64,000 nucleotides of DNA from Octopus sinensis (GCF_006345805.1 NC_043000.1:113336001-113400000); one strand, 5' to 3'; numbered from the stretch's first letter, positions 38,867 to 52,740 are shown. Numbers and translations: made by a program. The notes: generated from the sequence alone by a model not told the origin.

Positions 38867-39810
38867 TCGGACACACTGCCACCCGGACATACACACAGAC
38901 ACACTCACACATCCACACACATACATACTTACGCACATACTCGCATTTCGCGCACGCACGCACTTGCGCCGGTTCGCGTACGCATACGCTCCGCAGGCAC
39001 CTCGCTCTTGGAACCGACAAGACCTCCCGCCCGTTCCTGGGACCGTCGCGTGTCGTTGGGTTTTCCCACGCCCGCCTCCGCGGGACCACTCTTCCATCTT
39101 CCCCTCAGCTGGAGTCCTTTTTCCTTACCCCCCCCCTTTTTCGTTACACACACGCGCACACATATACACACATTGCTTAAATATATACATTACTCTTACA
39201 GACATTCAATCTACTCGCCATTTATACCACCACGACACTGGACACACACACACACTACTACTCAACACACGCTGGCACGCTACATACGCCCCCACCCCTT
39301 CCCCTCCCTCCCTTCCTCCTTCCTTCTTTTTCTTACTACTGACCTTTGTCTGCTAAGCTGACCACTATCTCGCCCTACCTCACACGCCTACACACAGACG
39401 CACACACTAACACACACAGATATATTTTTTTGTTTTTTTTCATCTCGCCTCACTCACACACATACACACCGCCACACGCACACACTCACACATACACACA
39501 CATCTGTTGCGTTACCAACCTTGTCTCCACTCTTTTGCCTTTAAAAAAAACCACTTTGCTCTGTGTTTCGTAAACATCCGCCTTTCACCATGTGCAACTC
39601 GTAAACACCAGTCGTCTTTTTTCTCTTTCCCCCGTTGCCCGCTCTGGGATCTTTCTTTCCTCTCTCTTCCTTCCTTCTTTATGTTTCCGACGAAGAGCTC
39701 CGCTCGAAACGTCATACCTCCCTGCTTCCTTTTCCTGAGCGCCTATTAATAATAATACTGTAATTGTTCCATGTTGTTGTTTTTTTGTTTCCCGTTTGGA
39801 TTAAAATTAT
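38866..39810 (+). mobile_element. (TA)n-flanked element with a GC-rich interior and a hammerhead-like motif (Penelope-like derivative)
   Basis: (TA)n on both sides, truncating the SINE at 38822. Contains GTTT-CCGACGA-AGAGCTCCGCTC-GAAACGTC-ATAC at 39683-39717. No RT or GIY-YIG coding sequence was recognised. Confidence 0.5.
39683..39717 (+). ncRNA. Minimal hammerhead ribozyme-like motif (C4 variant)
   Basis: GUUU / CCGACGA / a GAGC-UCC-GCUC / GAA AC GU C^ / AUAC. Stem I has 3 of 4 bp paired, ACGU palindrome, GUC triplet. Confidence 0.45.
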
Positions 39811-39817
39811 ATATATA

Positions 39818-39864
<47 letters not shown>

Positions 39865-40765
39865 GAATTTAGCTCACAGACCGACAGTACTACCTTTGCG
39901 GACCACAAGTTGGGAACCACTGGTCTGAGCCCGAGGTCATAATTGATGCAGCAAACATATAATCGAGACATTCTATGCGTGACCATCACATTTTTAGATT
40001 TATTTCAAGGACCACATTATCTGTTTTATAAAAGTCAACAAGAAGTGTTTTGTGAGGGAGACGTAGGTACTATTTATAGCAGATCATGGCAGTCATAAGG
40101 ACTTGTGGTTTTATCGAGTTTCAGTTGCCGCAGCAACATCGCCTGAGTCATTTTACATCAAACCCACGCTCTATCGGGTTTTATCTGAATAGTTCTTAAT
40201 GTTTAGTTGTTGGTTTGAATGAGAGAGGACATAGAGCTTTTCTGAGGTTTTTCTTTTCTTTTCAACGAAGGAGTGAGAAGGGCGGGGTTTCTATCCGATA
40301 ATAAGAAATATGAAATAATTACAGCCAAACTTACACATCTTATTTTGTGGGTCGTGGCAGGTTGCCAAAATTATTTTAACCAGCCATGTATGCTATCACG
40401 TGTCCATTATTGATCAAAATTATGATCACCATTCAAACCCATGATTATGATTAATGATAACTTGTGTATCATTTATATCAAGGTGTGTTCATCTTCCAGT
40501 TATTCAGGCAAAGAAGAATAAGACGTGACTGTCGTTTGAAAAATTTATTCATAAACCAACGAATATTAAAAGTTTTTGTTCTTCCTTTTTTTTATAGAAA
40601 ATTGTTTAATGTTGGGAAAATTGACTTTCTCCATGCGCTAACAACACGACGACGACCACCACCACGAGCTGAAATCAGATAAGAGATACAACTGCCTTGT
40701 GAGAATTCAGATTCCAGTAAAACAAATGCTCACTCTAACTCATTTATTATGCGTATACTGGTTTC

Positions 40766-40968
40766 AAATTTTGGCCCAAAGCCAGCAAATCCGGAGAAGA
40801 GGGTAAGACGATTATATCAGCCCTGAATGCTCAACTATAATTCATCGATTCGAGAAAATGAAAGTAAAGTCGGTTTCGGTAGAATTTGAACTCTGAACGT
40901 AAAGACGGAGAAAATGCCCCCCGAGCATTTTGTCGGGCGCGTTAATGATTCTACCAACTCACCGCCTT
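40766..40968 (-). mobile_element. SINE family B (diverged)
   Basis: GAATTTGAACTCTGAACGTAAAGACG and ...CTCACCGCCTT. Confidence 0.7.
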
Positions 40969-41185
40969 ACTTGTGATGATTCATATTCCAATAAAAGGAC
41001 GTATACAGTAACTCGTACTCGTATATTACAAGTGTTTTAACTGTAGAATGGTTAATATTTATTAATTTTAATCAGTACCATTCCATAGAAATGCTATACA
41101 CCGCGTTTTTGTACAATAGAATGCCTGGTAGAAGTTTATTTCCTAGAGAGAAACTTCCTAACACAGTTAGAACAATTCATATATC

Positions 41186-41408
41186 TGTTTCTTTATTACC
41201 CACAAGGGGCTAAACATAAAAGGGGGACACACAAGGACAGACAAACGGATTAAGTCGATTACATCGACTCCAGTGCGTAACTGGTACTTAATTTATCGAC
41301 CCCGAAAGGATGAAAGGCAAAATCGACCTCGGCGGAATTTGAGCTCAGAACGTAACGGCAGACGAAATACGGCTGCGCATTTCGCCCGGCGTGCTAACGT
41401 TTCTGCCA
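41186..41408 (-). mobile_element. SINE family B, 5'-truncated, flanked by ~108-bp direct repeats
   Basis: Clear core and tail. Direct repeats at 41078-41185 and 41406-41512. Confidence 0.9.
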
Positions 41409-41517
41409 TTCCATAGAAATGCTATACACTGCGTTTTTGTACAATACAATGCCTGGTACAAGTTTATTTCCGAGAGAGAAACTTCTTAACATAACTAGAA
41501 CATTCATATATCGTTAA

Positions 41518-41914
41518 TCTTTATATATAAAAGTGAAGTTGTGTGTCTGTCTCCTACGATTTAGATTCCTAACTACTCCCACATTTTGCGGTGCATTGTA
41601 ACCAAAAGCGTGTATCTTATAGTCGTGATTCATATCGAGCCCTTCTGGGTATTAGCGCGAGTCTACGATTTTTTGAAAAATTTACCATCATATTTTCCCA
41701 TTTTTAATGCATTTTTTTGCTATTATATAAGCAAGTAACTATAAGAAGTAACTCTCTAAAAATGTATTATCAAATCTCAGAACGTAAAAAGCTACAGTAA
41801 CACCCCCCCTTTGTGATTTGCCATATTGAAATGGCTATTATACTTTACATCTCTTAAAATGCTTATATAGTTATTTCCCTTACAAACCCGAGCAATGCCG
41901 GGCGATACTGCTAG
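41518..41914 (+). mobile_element. Non-autonomous Helitron (family H2)
   Basis: A|TCTTTATATATAAAAGTG start, shared GATTTAGATTCCTAACTACT.CCACATTTTGCGGTGCA body, CCCG-AGCAATGC-CGGG hairpin, CTAG|T end. Confidence 0.85.
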
Positions 41915-42235
41915 TCATTAATATATTAGTATCTTAATGTTATTAATATTTGAAGGGAAAATATGAAAGTCTGACGCCAGAAAGTTTCTTTATAAATCTC
42001 GACCTTTTCTCTAATTATCCTTTTGGTCTAATGACTGAAACAAATTAAAACTGAAAACCATAAAAGATGAAAGTAATTCCAACAAATTGTTTGTGGATAT
42101 CATACGTTTACAATAATCAGACGGTAGTTTGAATATAAGATAAGAGATCTTCCATAAAAGGCAAATATTTATCCTTTTGCCATATTTTGTGAGAAGTAAT
42201 GTGCCAGCATTACCGTGAGGTTTTTGTCATATATA

Positions 42236-42453
42236 CAGGTTTGGCCAAAACTCACTCGACAGTAAATTAAAATTCCATTAGCACTATCTGGAATTCTGTA
42301 TTGACTCAAATGGAAAAATGGTGTCGCTCAGGAAGGAGGTCCGTGATGTTTCATATTCAGGTACTTTTATTAAATTCATTTAGTTGTTAAACATAAATAA
42401 ATCTTGTAATTAAATGGTTTTGGTTTACTGTCAAGTGACTTTTGGCCAACCCT
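42236..42453. mobile_element. Tc1/mariner-type MITE (218 bp)
   Basis: TA + CAGG(T/G)TTGGCCAAA..CACT(C/T)GACAGTAAA TIRs of about 30 bp at both ends. The right flank is TT rather than TA. Confidence 0.75.
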
Positions 42454-42645
42454 GTTTATTATGTTTTTTTATCTATTTGCCACTTCTGATAAATCCATTT
42501 CTGAAGAGAGACTAGGAATATCCCCATTTGTTTCGGTCAGAGTGCTTATGACATTTACCTTATGTATGAACTATGTAGATACGAGTTCAAAGGAGTTGTC
42601 CCTATCGTTTTCAAATAGACAAACCAGTACATGACAAATGACACG

Positions 42646-42928
42646 GATAAAGTGATAGTATGTTGTCAACTTAATGCGACAGTCCCATAAAAGGGAAGAA
42701 TGCTACTGTTATTTAACCCTAGGAAACACCGTTTCCACTTGGACTTGAAACATTCCCAGGATGCTGGCCTTGCTGGGTGGAAGTGCTTGTCTCCACTTCG
42801 AAAACATAAGGACATAGGAAATGCGTCAAGTCCAACAGGAAACGGTGTTTCCTAGGGCTAAATAACAATAGAATTCTTCCCTTTTATGGGACTGTCACAT
42901 TAAGTTGACAACGTACTATCACTTTATC
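42646..42928. mobile_element. Long-TIR palindromic element (~110-bp arms)
   Basis: GATAAAGTGATAGTA.GTTGTCAACTTAATG.GACAGTCCCATAAAAGGGAAGAAT.CTA.TGTTATTTA.CCCTAGGAAACACCGTTTCC is present in both arms. Confidence 0.85.
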
Positions 42929-43402
42929 GTGCTGCTACTGCATAAATCTCTCTATTTTGAAATGACATGGAATCAGTTACGACTTATAACGAATTGGTTT
43001 CTGCTGTCAAAACTTCTGTATTCGTTATGTTGTACACAGCTTGGATTCATTTTTGTTTTATTTCGCTCTGCTTTGTAGAATTTAGAAAGTAGTACTTTTA
43101 TCCAATAACAACTCTCCTCCAGGCGAGGGAGATAGAACTCTTGATGTATGATCCACAAATATAATACAAGGAAACCAATACCAGTCCTAGATTATTCAGC
43201 AAAAAGAGATATTTACTGTGAAGTCCAACACAAAGTGCCAACATCAATCAGAAATTTCTTGAAACCTTTAGTTTCGTCTACATCGTTTGTTTGAAGATAT
43301 AAACATAGCTACAGCTTTCCTAAAATGAGAACACCATCAACATGAATTAGAAAATTACTATTTGTAAATCTCATAACGAGAGATATTCAGCAACAGTACT
43401 TT

Positions 43403-43823
43403 GGAGAAAAGATTATTTGCCAACAAAACATGGCAATCCTGGTTTAGGACAAATGCTGCTGTAATTTAGCCCCTGGACACAGATCGTGTCGTATAGCCAG
43501 CTGGAGATGATGTTAGTAATTTTCTAATTTATAAATCAGTGACTAGTTGTCATTTGGAAACTGTATATTTCGAACGGCAATTTGGCAGCGCCACCTCTAG
43601 CCGAACAGTTATTCTATGCTGATGACGGGAAATAACCCGGAAATCGGGATACACGGATATTGTTTTGAGCTGAGCGGGGGTGCTAGATTCCTTTGTTCGA
43701 AAATATAAGGATACAGATAGAGTCGTATAGCCAGCTGGAGACGATGCCTCCTGGGGCTAAATTACAGCAAGATTCGTCCTAAACCAGGGCTGTCATGTTA
43801 TGCTGGCAAATAATTTTTATTCC
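43403..43823. mobile_element. Long-TIR palindromic element (~70-bp arms)
   Basis: ATTATTTGCCA.CA.AACATG.CA..CCTGGTTTAGGAC.AAT..TGCTGTAATTTAGCCCC in both arms. Internal direct repeat GTCGTATAGCCAGCTGGAGA occurs twice. Confidence 0.75.
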
Positions 43824-44511
43824 ACCATCAACATGATACACAGCGAATTCCGCCCGTCCTAGTTTAAATTATTACGGAAACAGCTTTAAAGGGAATCAGT
43901 CAGTTGCTGCTATTATTTTTTTTAACTTTATACTTTGTCATGGTGGGAAAGAAAAGTATTGATAATTTCACCAGCCTTTCAATTATATATTAATTTTCTG
44001 GATTACGTACTATACACACTCTTTGCCACATAAGATATTCATCATTCAGCTCCTCACTCAGAGAATCTAGAAATACCCAGAATCCTTTGTAACTCCCTGC
44101 GTTCTGTTGGTTCTTATATAATTCATGTTATCTTCAGAACATCATCGAGCTGTTTAAATAGTTCTCTGCATTTCAAAATACCTTGCCCAATGCCACTGCC
44201 TTAGTAGATGTAGATATTTCTCCAGAAATGTGCACCAACTGTCCAGAAGCCGTTAATACTTTCCAGAAATAAAAACAGCACATCTTCATGATAAAGGACT
44301 ATCACTGCACATTTGGAAAGATTAGATGCATATTTTATACATTGCACAATATAAGGTCGCTCACTGCATTCTTTTTTTTTTGGGGGGGGGGCTTCACTGC
44401 TTGCGAATTATATATGCTGCTCAAGACAACGCTCAGTGTAAATTTTACATATTGTGTCTCCTTATTTTAAACCGGGCTCTATATAAAGATAACCACAACA
44501 AGACTTATTCA

Positions 44512-44966
44512 TTTACTTTTTACATGTTTCAGTCATTTGACTGTGGCCATGCTGGAGCATCAACCTTATTCGAGCAAACCGACAGCAGGACTTACTTTTC
44601 GGAAGCCTGGTATTTATTCTATCGGTCTCTTTTGCCGAACTGCTAAGTTACAGGGACGTAAACACACCAGCATCAGTTGTCAAGCGATGTTGAGGGGACA
44701 AACACAGATACACAAACATACACACGCACATACATATATATGTATGGAAACTGAAAGAAGCCCGTCGTATATATGTATATATATATATATATATACATAT
44801 ATACGACGGGCTTCTTTCAGTTTCCGTCTACCAAATCCACTCACAAGGTTTCGGTCGGCCCGGGGCTATAGTAGAAGACACTTGCCCACGGTGCCACGCA
44901 GTGGGACTGAACCCGGAACCATGTGGTTGGTAAGCAAGCTACTTACCACACAACTACTCCTACGCC
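44512..44966 (-). mobile_element. SINE family A, full length
   Basis: Complete match, with a local duplication of GAAACTGAAAGAAGCCCGTCG in opposite orientation around the internal (TA)n. Confidence 0.9.
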
Positions 44967-45151
44967 TATGGTAACATTGTATGCTTATTTCATATACTGC
45001 GTACAATGAACTCCGATTTATTAGATTATTGATTACATTGATATGTTTGTTATCTTCTGATCGATCCATTATTTCCTTCTTGCCTCTCTGATAATCAGCG
45101 TACATTTCCAAAGAAGTGTGCTCCACCATAGGAATATTAAATTCCTTTAAG

Positions 45152-45330
45152 TTTGGAGGCTGCCAGAGTCGTTACCGCAGTCGAACAAACGCTTCGCGGT
45201 GTTTCTTCCGCCTTTGTATTCTCAGCTCAAATTCCGCCATGTTCGCCTATGCTTTTCGTCCTGTCAAAATCGATAAAACAAGTACCAGTTATATACTGCG
45301 GTCGATGAAATCCACTTTCGCCTTCCCCCT
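45152..45330 (+). mobile_element. SINE family B (diverged)
   Basis: CTCAAATTCCGCC..GTTCGCCT.TGCTTTTC.TCC...TCGATAAA..AAGTACCAG. Confidence 0.65.
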
Positions 45331-45585
45331 AAGACGAGGACATTTTATCTGTGTGCATATGTGTGTGTGAGTGTGTGTGTGTGTGTGAGTGTGTGTGTGT
45401 GTATGTGTAAGTGTATGTGTGTGTGCATGTGCGTGTGTATGTATATATGTAAAGATAGAAAAATAGATAGATAGTTATATTGGATATAGATATAGATATA
45501 CACATACACATATATAGATTTACGAATATACAGGTATATATATATATGTGTGTCTATATACTACTTCCATATATATATATATGTA

Positions 45586-45619
<34 letters not shown>

Positions 45620-45629
45620 CTGTGTGTGG

Positions 45630-45930
45630 TTGCGCAATGGCCCAGGGGTTAGGGCAGCAGACTCGCGGTCGTAGGATCGTGGTTTCGATTCCCAGACCAG
45701 GCGTTGTGTGTGTTTATTAAGCGAATACACCTTAAAGCTCCACGAAGCTCCGGCAGGGGGTGCTGATCCCTGCTGTACTCTTTCACCACTCTTTCTCTGA
45801 CTCTTTCCTCTGTTGGCCTGCTCGCTTAGCCAGCGGGGTGGCGTATCTTCAAAGGCTAAAACAATGCAAACGCATGGTGACAGCGATGTGTAGCAACATC
45901 TGATGGTCTGGGCGGTCACGTGACGTGACG
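45630..45930 (+). mobile_element. SINE family C, full length, tail type 2
   Basis: tRNA-like head with A box TGGCCCAGGGGTTA and B box GGTTTCGATTCCC. Body shared with 5010-5130. Tail ends GGTCACGTGACGTGACGT. Confidence 0.8.
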
Positions 45931-46086
45931 TAATATAATATAAATAATATATTATATATATAATATATATATATACTTCTAATATATATAGATATATATA
46001 TATATGTATGATATTTATATATATATATGTATATACATCGATCAAATATATATATATATACATATATATGTATATATATAAATATA

Positions 46087-46126
<40 letters not shown>

Positions 46127-46511
46127 GTACATATATATATATATACATATATATATTATATATATATATATATATTATATATATATATATACATATAGAT
46201 ATATATATATACATATATATTATATATATAATTAATTATATTATATATTATGAATCTGTGTGTTTGGCGTATCTACACGATGGTGTTTACGGACGGCCAC
46301 GTCTATAACACGTAATTGCTATCAATAACTATTTATGGATGACAATCTATATACAAGTTCTTCCAAGTTATTTGTATCAATTATTATATATTATATATAT
46401 ATATATTAATCATATATCTTATATAATATATATATATATATTATATATATATATGTAATGTCTGTATGTAATTAGTATATATATGTGTGTGAGTGTATAT
46501 ATGTATGGATT

Positions 46512-46543
<32 letters not shown>

Positions 46544-47271
46544 CATATATGATATTATACATATTCATATATATTTATATATGTATATATATGTACCGTT
46601 ATATTAACGTACGCATTCTTATATATATATATATATATAAATCTATATAGGCATATATACATACATACATACACATATATATATACATATAATCTTCGTG
46701 CACACTCATACATTCATACACAGTAACGCGGTATGTAGAGATACATGCTTAGATAAATATATAAGTCCATTCATATATAACACACGTATATATATATACA
46801 TATAAATATAAATGTATATACATACATACATATATATATATATATTATATATTATATATAATGAGAGAGATAGAGAAATAAGCTATCACTGCCTATCTAT
46901 TCCATTTATGTAAATTTTGCAGCGAATTTATAAGAGTAGATATTTTATTGCTTATTGTAAAATATGCGTGCTATCTATAACTCCATCAATATATCGATAG
47001 ATCAATAACGGCTTGGCAAATACCCTCGTTACCAAATCGACAATATATAGTGAGCCATGATAAAAACTGAAACGGACTGATTGCTACACTTGAAAGGACG
47101 TTTCTGGAAATTTGGCCCCGCTTGTATTACAATACATCAATTCACAGAAAACTGCTTCAAAGGGGTCTGCATGTGATAAAGTCCCTACTTTTCCAAGGAA
47201 AAACAGGAAGATATGGTAGAGGGAATGAATATATGTATATATGCGTATGCATATATACATACATACATACA

Positions 47272-47303
<32 letters not shown>

Positions 47304-47304
47304 C

Positions 47305-47340
<36 letters not shown>

Positions 47341-47718
47341 ATACGTATACATATATATGTATGCATATACTTATAGATATATGTGCGTGTGTGTGTGTGT
47401 GTCTACACACCTCCACTACTGTTGTGCTTGGAAATGCATATATATGTTTATATACATATATGTATGTGTGCGTGTGTGTGTATAATAAATACATACATAT
47501 ATATATATATATAAATATATATATATATATGTATAAATATATATATACATATATAGATATATATATATATACGTATATATATGTGTGTATATATATATAT
47601 GTCTACGTATATATATATACTGACGTACATACGCAGTGACACCCACAACCACCCTCATATACTTTCTCCCTTATCGATTCCTTCTTTTTCTCCATCTCTT
47701 TCTCTCACCCTCTATATG

Positions 47719-47779
<61 letters not shown>

Positions 47780-47829
47780 GTCTGTCTGTCTATCTGTCTA
47801 TCTCTCTCTGTCTCTCTCTCGCTTCCTGA

Positions 47830-48294
47830 ATGAGAAAGGAAGTAACAAAGAAGAGAAAAGAAACAAATTGGTAACAGTAATACCAACACATCGATATCAA
47901 CAACAACAATAACAAAAAACAACAACAACAATAGCAACACCAATAAGATCGTGAAAAATTACTGCTTTCTAATTCAGCAAATGGAAATATATGTGTAATA
48001 ATAATAATAACAATAAAAATAAGAACAGCAACAGAATTAAAATAAATAGTAATAAATAGAAGAATAAATACAACAGAAATAACGACAATAATATGAATAA
48101 CAACAATAAGGCCAATAACAACGATGATAGCAATAAAAAATACTATTACAACACGAACAAAACAATAATAATATTGAGAAAAAAAGGCAATACAAATAAA
48201 TAACAGATATAACATAAATATCAATAATAACAATAACAATAACGACGACGACAACGACAACGATGATGATGATGATGATGACGATGATGATATT

Positions 48295-48328
<34 letters not shown>

Positions 48329-48660
48329 TAATAATAATATTATAATGATAATAATAACAATAATAACAATGATAATGATGATATCAAATCTAATAATATA
48401 ATATATAATAATAATAATAATAATAATAATGATGATATCAATAAATAATAATAATAATAATATATAATAATAATAATAATGAATAATCTAATAATAATAA
48501 TAATAATATAATAATATAATAATTAATAATAAATAATAATAATGATAATAATAATAATAATAATGATAATAATGAAATAAATTGATAATGATGATGATGA
48601 TTAATAATAATATAACAATAATGATGATAATAATAATGATATTAATAAAGGTAAAATTAC
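47830..48660. repeat. Very long degenerate (AAT)/(AAC)/(GAT) array
   Basis: Read directly from the sequence. Confidence 0.9.
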
Positions 48661-48746
48661 TGCTTTCAAATACAGCAAATGGAACCAATATGAAATAAAA
48701 GTTAACATGAAAGAGAAATTGTAAAAAAAATATAGACAGAAATTGA

Positions 48747-48842
<96 letters not shown>

Positions 48843-49128
48843 ATACACATACATACACAAACATATATATATATATATATATATATACCTATATATTTAT
48901 ATATATACATACATATATTTGTGTGTGTGTGAGTGTGTGTGTGTACATGTATGATATATTGTATATCATATATATGTGTGTATAACCAATCAGGTGTAAA
49001 CAAAAAAAGGCAAAATTCGATTATTTTATCGAAAGAATGGAGGAATCAAACACACACACACGCACACATGCTCGCACACGCTCACACTCTTATATATACA
49101 TATACAGATAAGTAATATACATATATAT

Positions 49129-49163
<35 letters not shown>

Positions 49164-49368
49164 TATAATAGATAATATAGATTATGTATCTATAGTCATG
49201 TTTATTAAAATATTATCTATAATACATATACCTATATATAAATAATATATATATTATATATCTAATATATATATATATACAATATACATCCAGTTTCAAT
49301 AAGTCCATAGATATTGCATACATACGTAACTGCTTAAATCATATGTATGCATGTATATATATCATATA

Positions 49369-49411
<43 letters not shown>

Positions 49412-49819
49412 GTATATATGTCTAAATAGAGAGTGTTGTGTGAAAGAGAGAGAATAGATATATATACATGAACATATATGTAAATATATATATATATATT
49501 TACATATGTGTGTGTATGTACATATATGTATATGTGTGTGTATGTGTGTGAATGTGTGCGTATTTATATACATATATGTTTGTATATGAATGCATATATG
49601 AATGCACATATGTTTGTGTATATACGTATGTATATCTGTGTGTATGCACGTAATGCTTGATATATGCATATGTCGGGGGTTTTTTTCTTCTCCCCGTACA
49701 CATATGTACACATCGAAAACATAAGTGATTCGGAAATCGAAGCCTATTGAACAAAATCGAAGCGTGCTGATACATTTGGTGGATTGCTCGTGAATGGGAT
49801 TAAAAACGTCAACATCTAC

Positions 49820-50560
<741 letters not shown>

Positions 50561-50840
50561 CAGTAATAATTAATGTTTTCAACAGCCACAAATCCAGCAA
50601 ATTTAGGATTTGGCGGGACGGGTTCAGTTCGTTATTCGAAACCCAGAAGATAAGGGGTACTTTACAATCATTGACTCTGGAAAGGTGAAGGGCAAAGTTA
50701 ATTTCGGTGAGATTTGAAATATGGACCTAATGAGCTGGATGAACAGCTTCTGAAAATTTTGTTCTACGCGCTAGCAATTTTGTCAATTCGCTATGTTCGT
50801 AAAATAATAATAATTGCTGTTGTTGGTGGTGGTGGTGTCG

Positions 50841-50876
<36 letters not shown>

Positions 50877-51128
50877 TGTTGCTGCTGTTGTTGTTGTTGT
50901 TGTAGTTGTTGTTGTTTTTGTTGTTGTTAGGAGAAGAAGGAAGAGGAGGAGGGGGAGGAGGAGGAATAATAATAAGAAGAAATAGAAGAAGAAAAAGAAG
51001 AAGAAGAAGAAGAAGAAGAAGAAGAAGAAGAAGAAGAAGAAGAATAAGAAGAAGAAGAGAAGAAGAAGAAGAAGAAGAAGAAGAAGAAGAAGAAGAAGAA
51101 GAAGAAGAAGAAGGAGAAGAAGAAGAAT

Positions 51129-52740
51129 TTGCTCTTCATAAATGATCTGAAGCTTTATAGTAAGAATGGGAAATATATAGATTCCTTAACGCAGAGTGTA
51201 AGACCCTTCAGCAAAGACATAGGCATGGAATTTGGCATAAATAAATGTGCAATATTAGTCATGAGAATGGGACAGGTAGTCAACAGCGAAGGCATCCCAT
51301 TACCAGATGACCGGGAGAGAATTATAAGTATTTAGGAGTAGTAGAATCTGATAGAGTACTAACTATAGAAATGAAAACGAAAATTGAGAAGGAGCACACC
51401 AGAAGGGTGAGGAGGCTAATGAAGTCAAAGCCAAATGGTCCGAATCTAGTGAAGACCGTAAATAGTTGAGCAGTATCATTACTTAGATACTCAGTAGCTT
51501 TTGTAGACTAAATTTGCTAAGCCAGACAGAAGAACTAAGGAATAATTCAATATTAATGGAGTAGCAAGATTATACCTACCAAGAAAGGAAGGTGAAAGAG
51601 GATTAATATCAGTAGAAGACTGCGTGGATTAGCTAGAGTAGATATTAAAAGCTGCTAGTGTCACATTAGGACACAGAGAAACCATAAAGCCAAATGAATT
51701 TAATAAACCAGAAAACAAAACGAAAGTCATTTCACTTGCAGGGAAAGGCTTTGCGTGGTAGAATTCGAAAGATAGTCGCAGCAAATAGTAATAGTCAGAC
51801 TTGGTGAGACAAGGAGTAATTGGAGAAAAGCCAAGATAGACAAAAATCAAGTAGATTCCTAACGTAGTTTATGCAAATCAAAAGAGGAAAGTGAAGTATA
51901 TTTGCCATTTAAATATGGCTAACCCCTAAGGGTGTATGCTACTGTAGCTTGTAGCCCCAGGGTGTTGCAAATACTGATAGGGCACAGAAAGTGTGTCAAT
52001 AGCCAGCTGGAGGAGGTGTCGTCCTGGGGCTACAAGCTACAGTAACATCCACCCTTAGGGGTTAGCCATATTTAAATGGCGAATATACTTCACGATGTGT
52101 TGCAGCTACTGAGATTTATTATTGCTTATAAAAGAGGAAATTGTTATTCATATAATAAATGAAAGTAGCACATAAAGAATACAAGTAAAGACATGACAAC
52201 CTAGGAGGAAAGATATGGCAGTCTAGGGAGAGTAATCCACAGGGAGTTATGTAGAAAGCTAGGATTTGATCACACTTATAAATGGTAAGAACATGAACCT
52301 AGGAAAGTACTAGAAAATAAGAGATATAAAGTGTTGTGATGACAGAGTCATAGAAGCTAGAAGGCTTGATGTAGTCGTAGGAGATAAAGAGAATAGAAAG
52401 TGCCAGATAATTGACTTTACAGTCCCAAATCATGAAAACATCAACATGGGAGGTATAGAAAAAATAGCAAAGTATCAGGAACTAGTCATTGAATTACAGA
52501 GACAATGGAAAGTGCGAGTAAAATGTATTCCAGTAGTTACAGGTGCATTAGGAACTATCCGTAAAGATTTGAACAAAAGGATGGATGAAATGGGCATACA
52601 ACCCAGTTTAGTATAGCTCCAGAAAACAGTGTCATTAGGGGCAACTAGGATACTTAGGAGGGTTCTTGGCATCTAAAGTTACTCGTTGTAGCCCTATGTT
52701 AGGAATTTTTCTTTTCTAACAGTCTCCTCTGTTGTGTATA
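51129..52740 (+). pseudogene. R4/Dong-clade non-LTR retrotransposon, 5'-truncated (RT C-terminus, Zn knuckle, REL endonuclease, 3' UTR)
   Basis: LFINDLKLYSKN..FSKDIGMEFGINKCA, KYLGVVESD..MKSK.NG.N, RLYLPRKEG, EYK.RHDN..GRVIHRELC, R(L)DVVVGDKENRKCQIIDFTVP..EKIAKYQELVIEL..WKVRVKCIPVVTGALG..LQKTVSLGATRILRRVLGI* (stop 52674-52676). Starts right after (GAA)n, and the 3' UTR runs into (AAT)n. Confidence 0.9.
51891..52093. mobile_element. Palindromic element (~70-bp arms) inserted in the R4 copy
   Basis: GTGAAGTATATT.GCCATTTAAATATGGCTAACCCCTAAGGGTG.ATG.TACTGTAGCTTGTAGCCCCAGG in both arms. Confidence 0.85.

Noticed and set aside
39895-39925. hAT-like terminal snippets (GCGGACCACAAGTTGGGAACCACTG; similar at ~2200, ~17770-17815, ~29985)
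   Set aside because: Only single degenerate ends are visible, with no paired TIRs or 8-bp TSDs.
43585-43605. CTCF-like motif CAGCGCCACCTCTAG
   Set aside because: Only the 3' half of the consensus matches, and it lies inside a repeat.
46000-46900. Frequent phase shifts (TT or AA) within long (TA)n tracts
   Set aside because: They are equally explained by indel errors in the read consensus, so I do not interpret them biologically.
47084-47190. Minus frame [33 protein letters not shown]
   Set aside because: It has no good donor and no recognisable homology.
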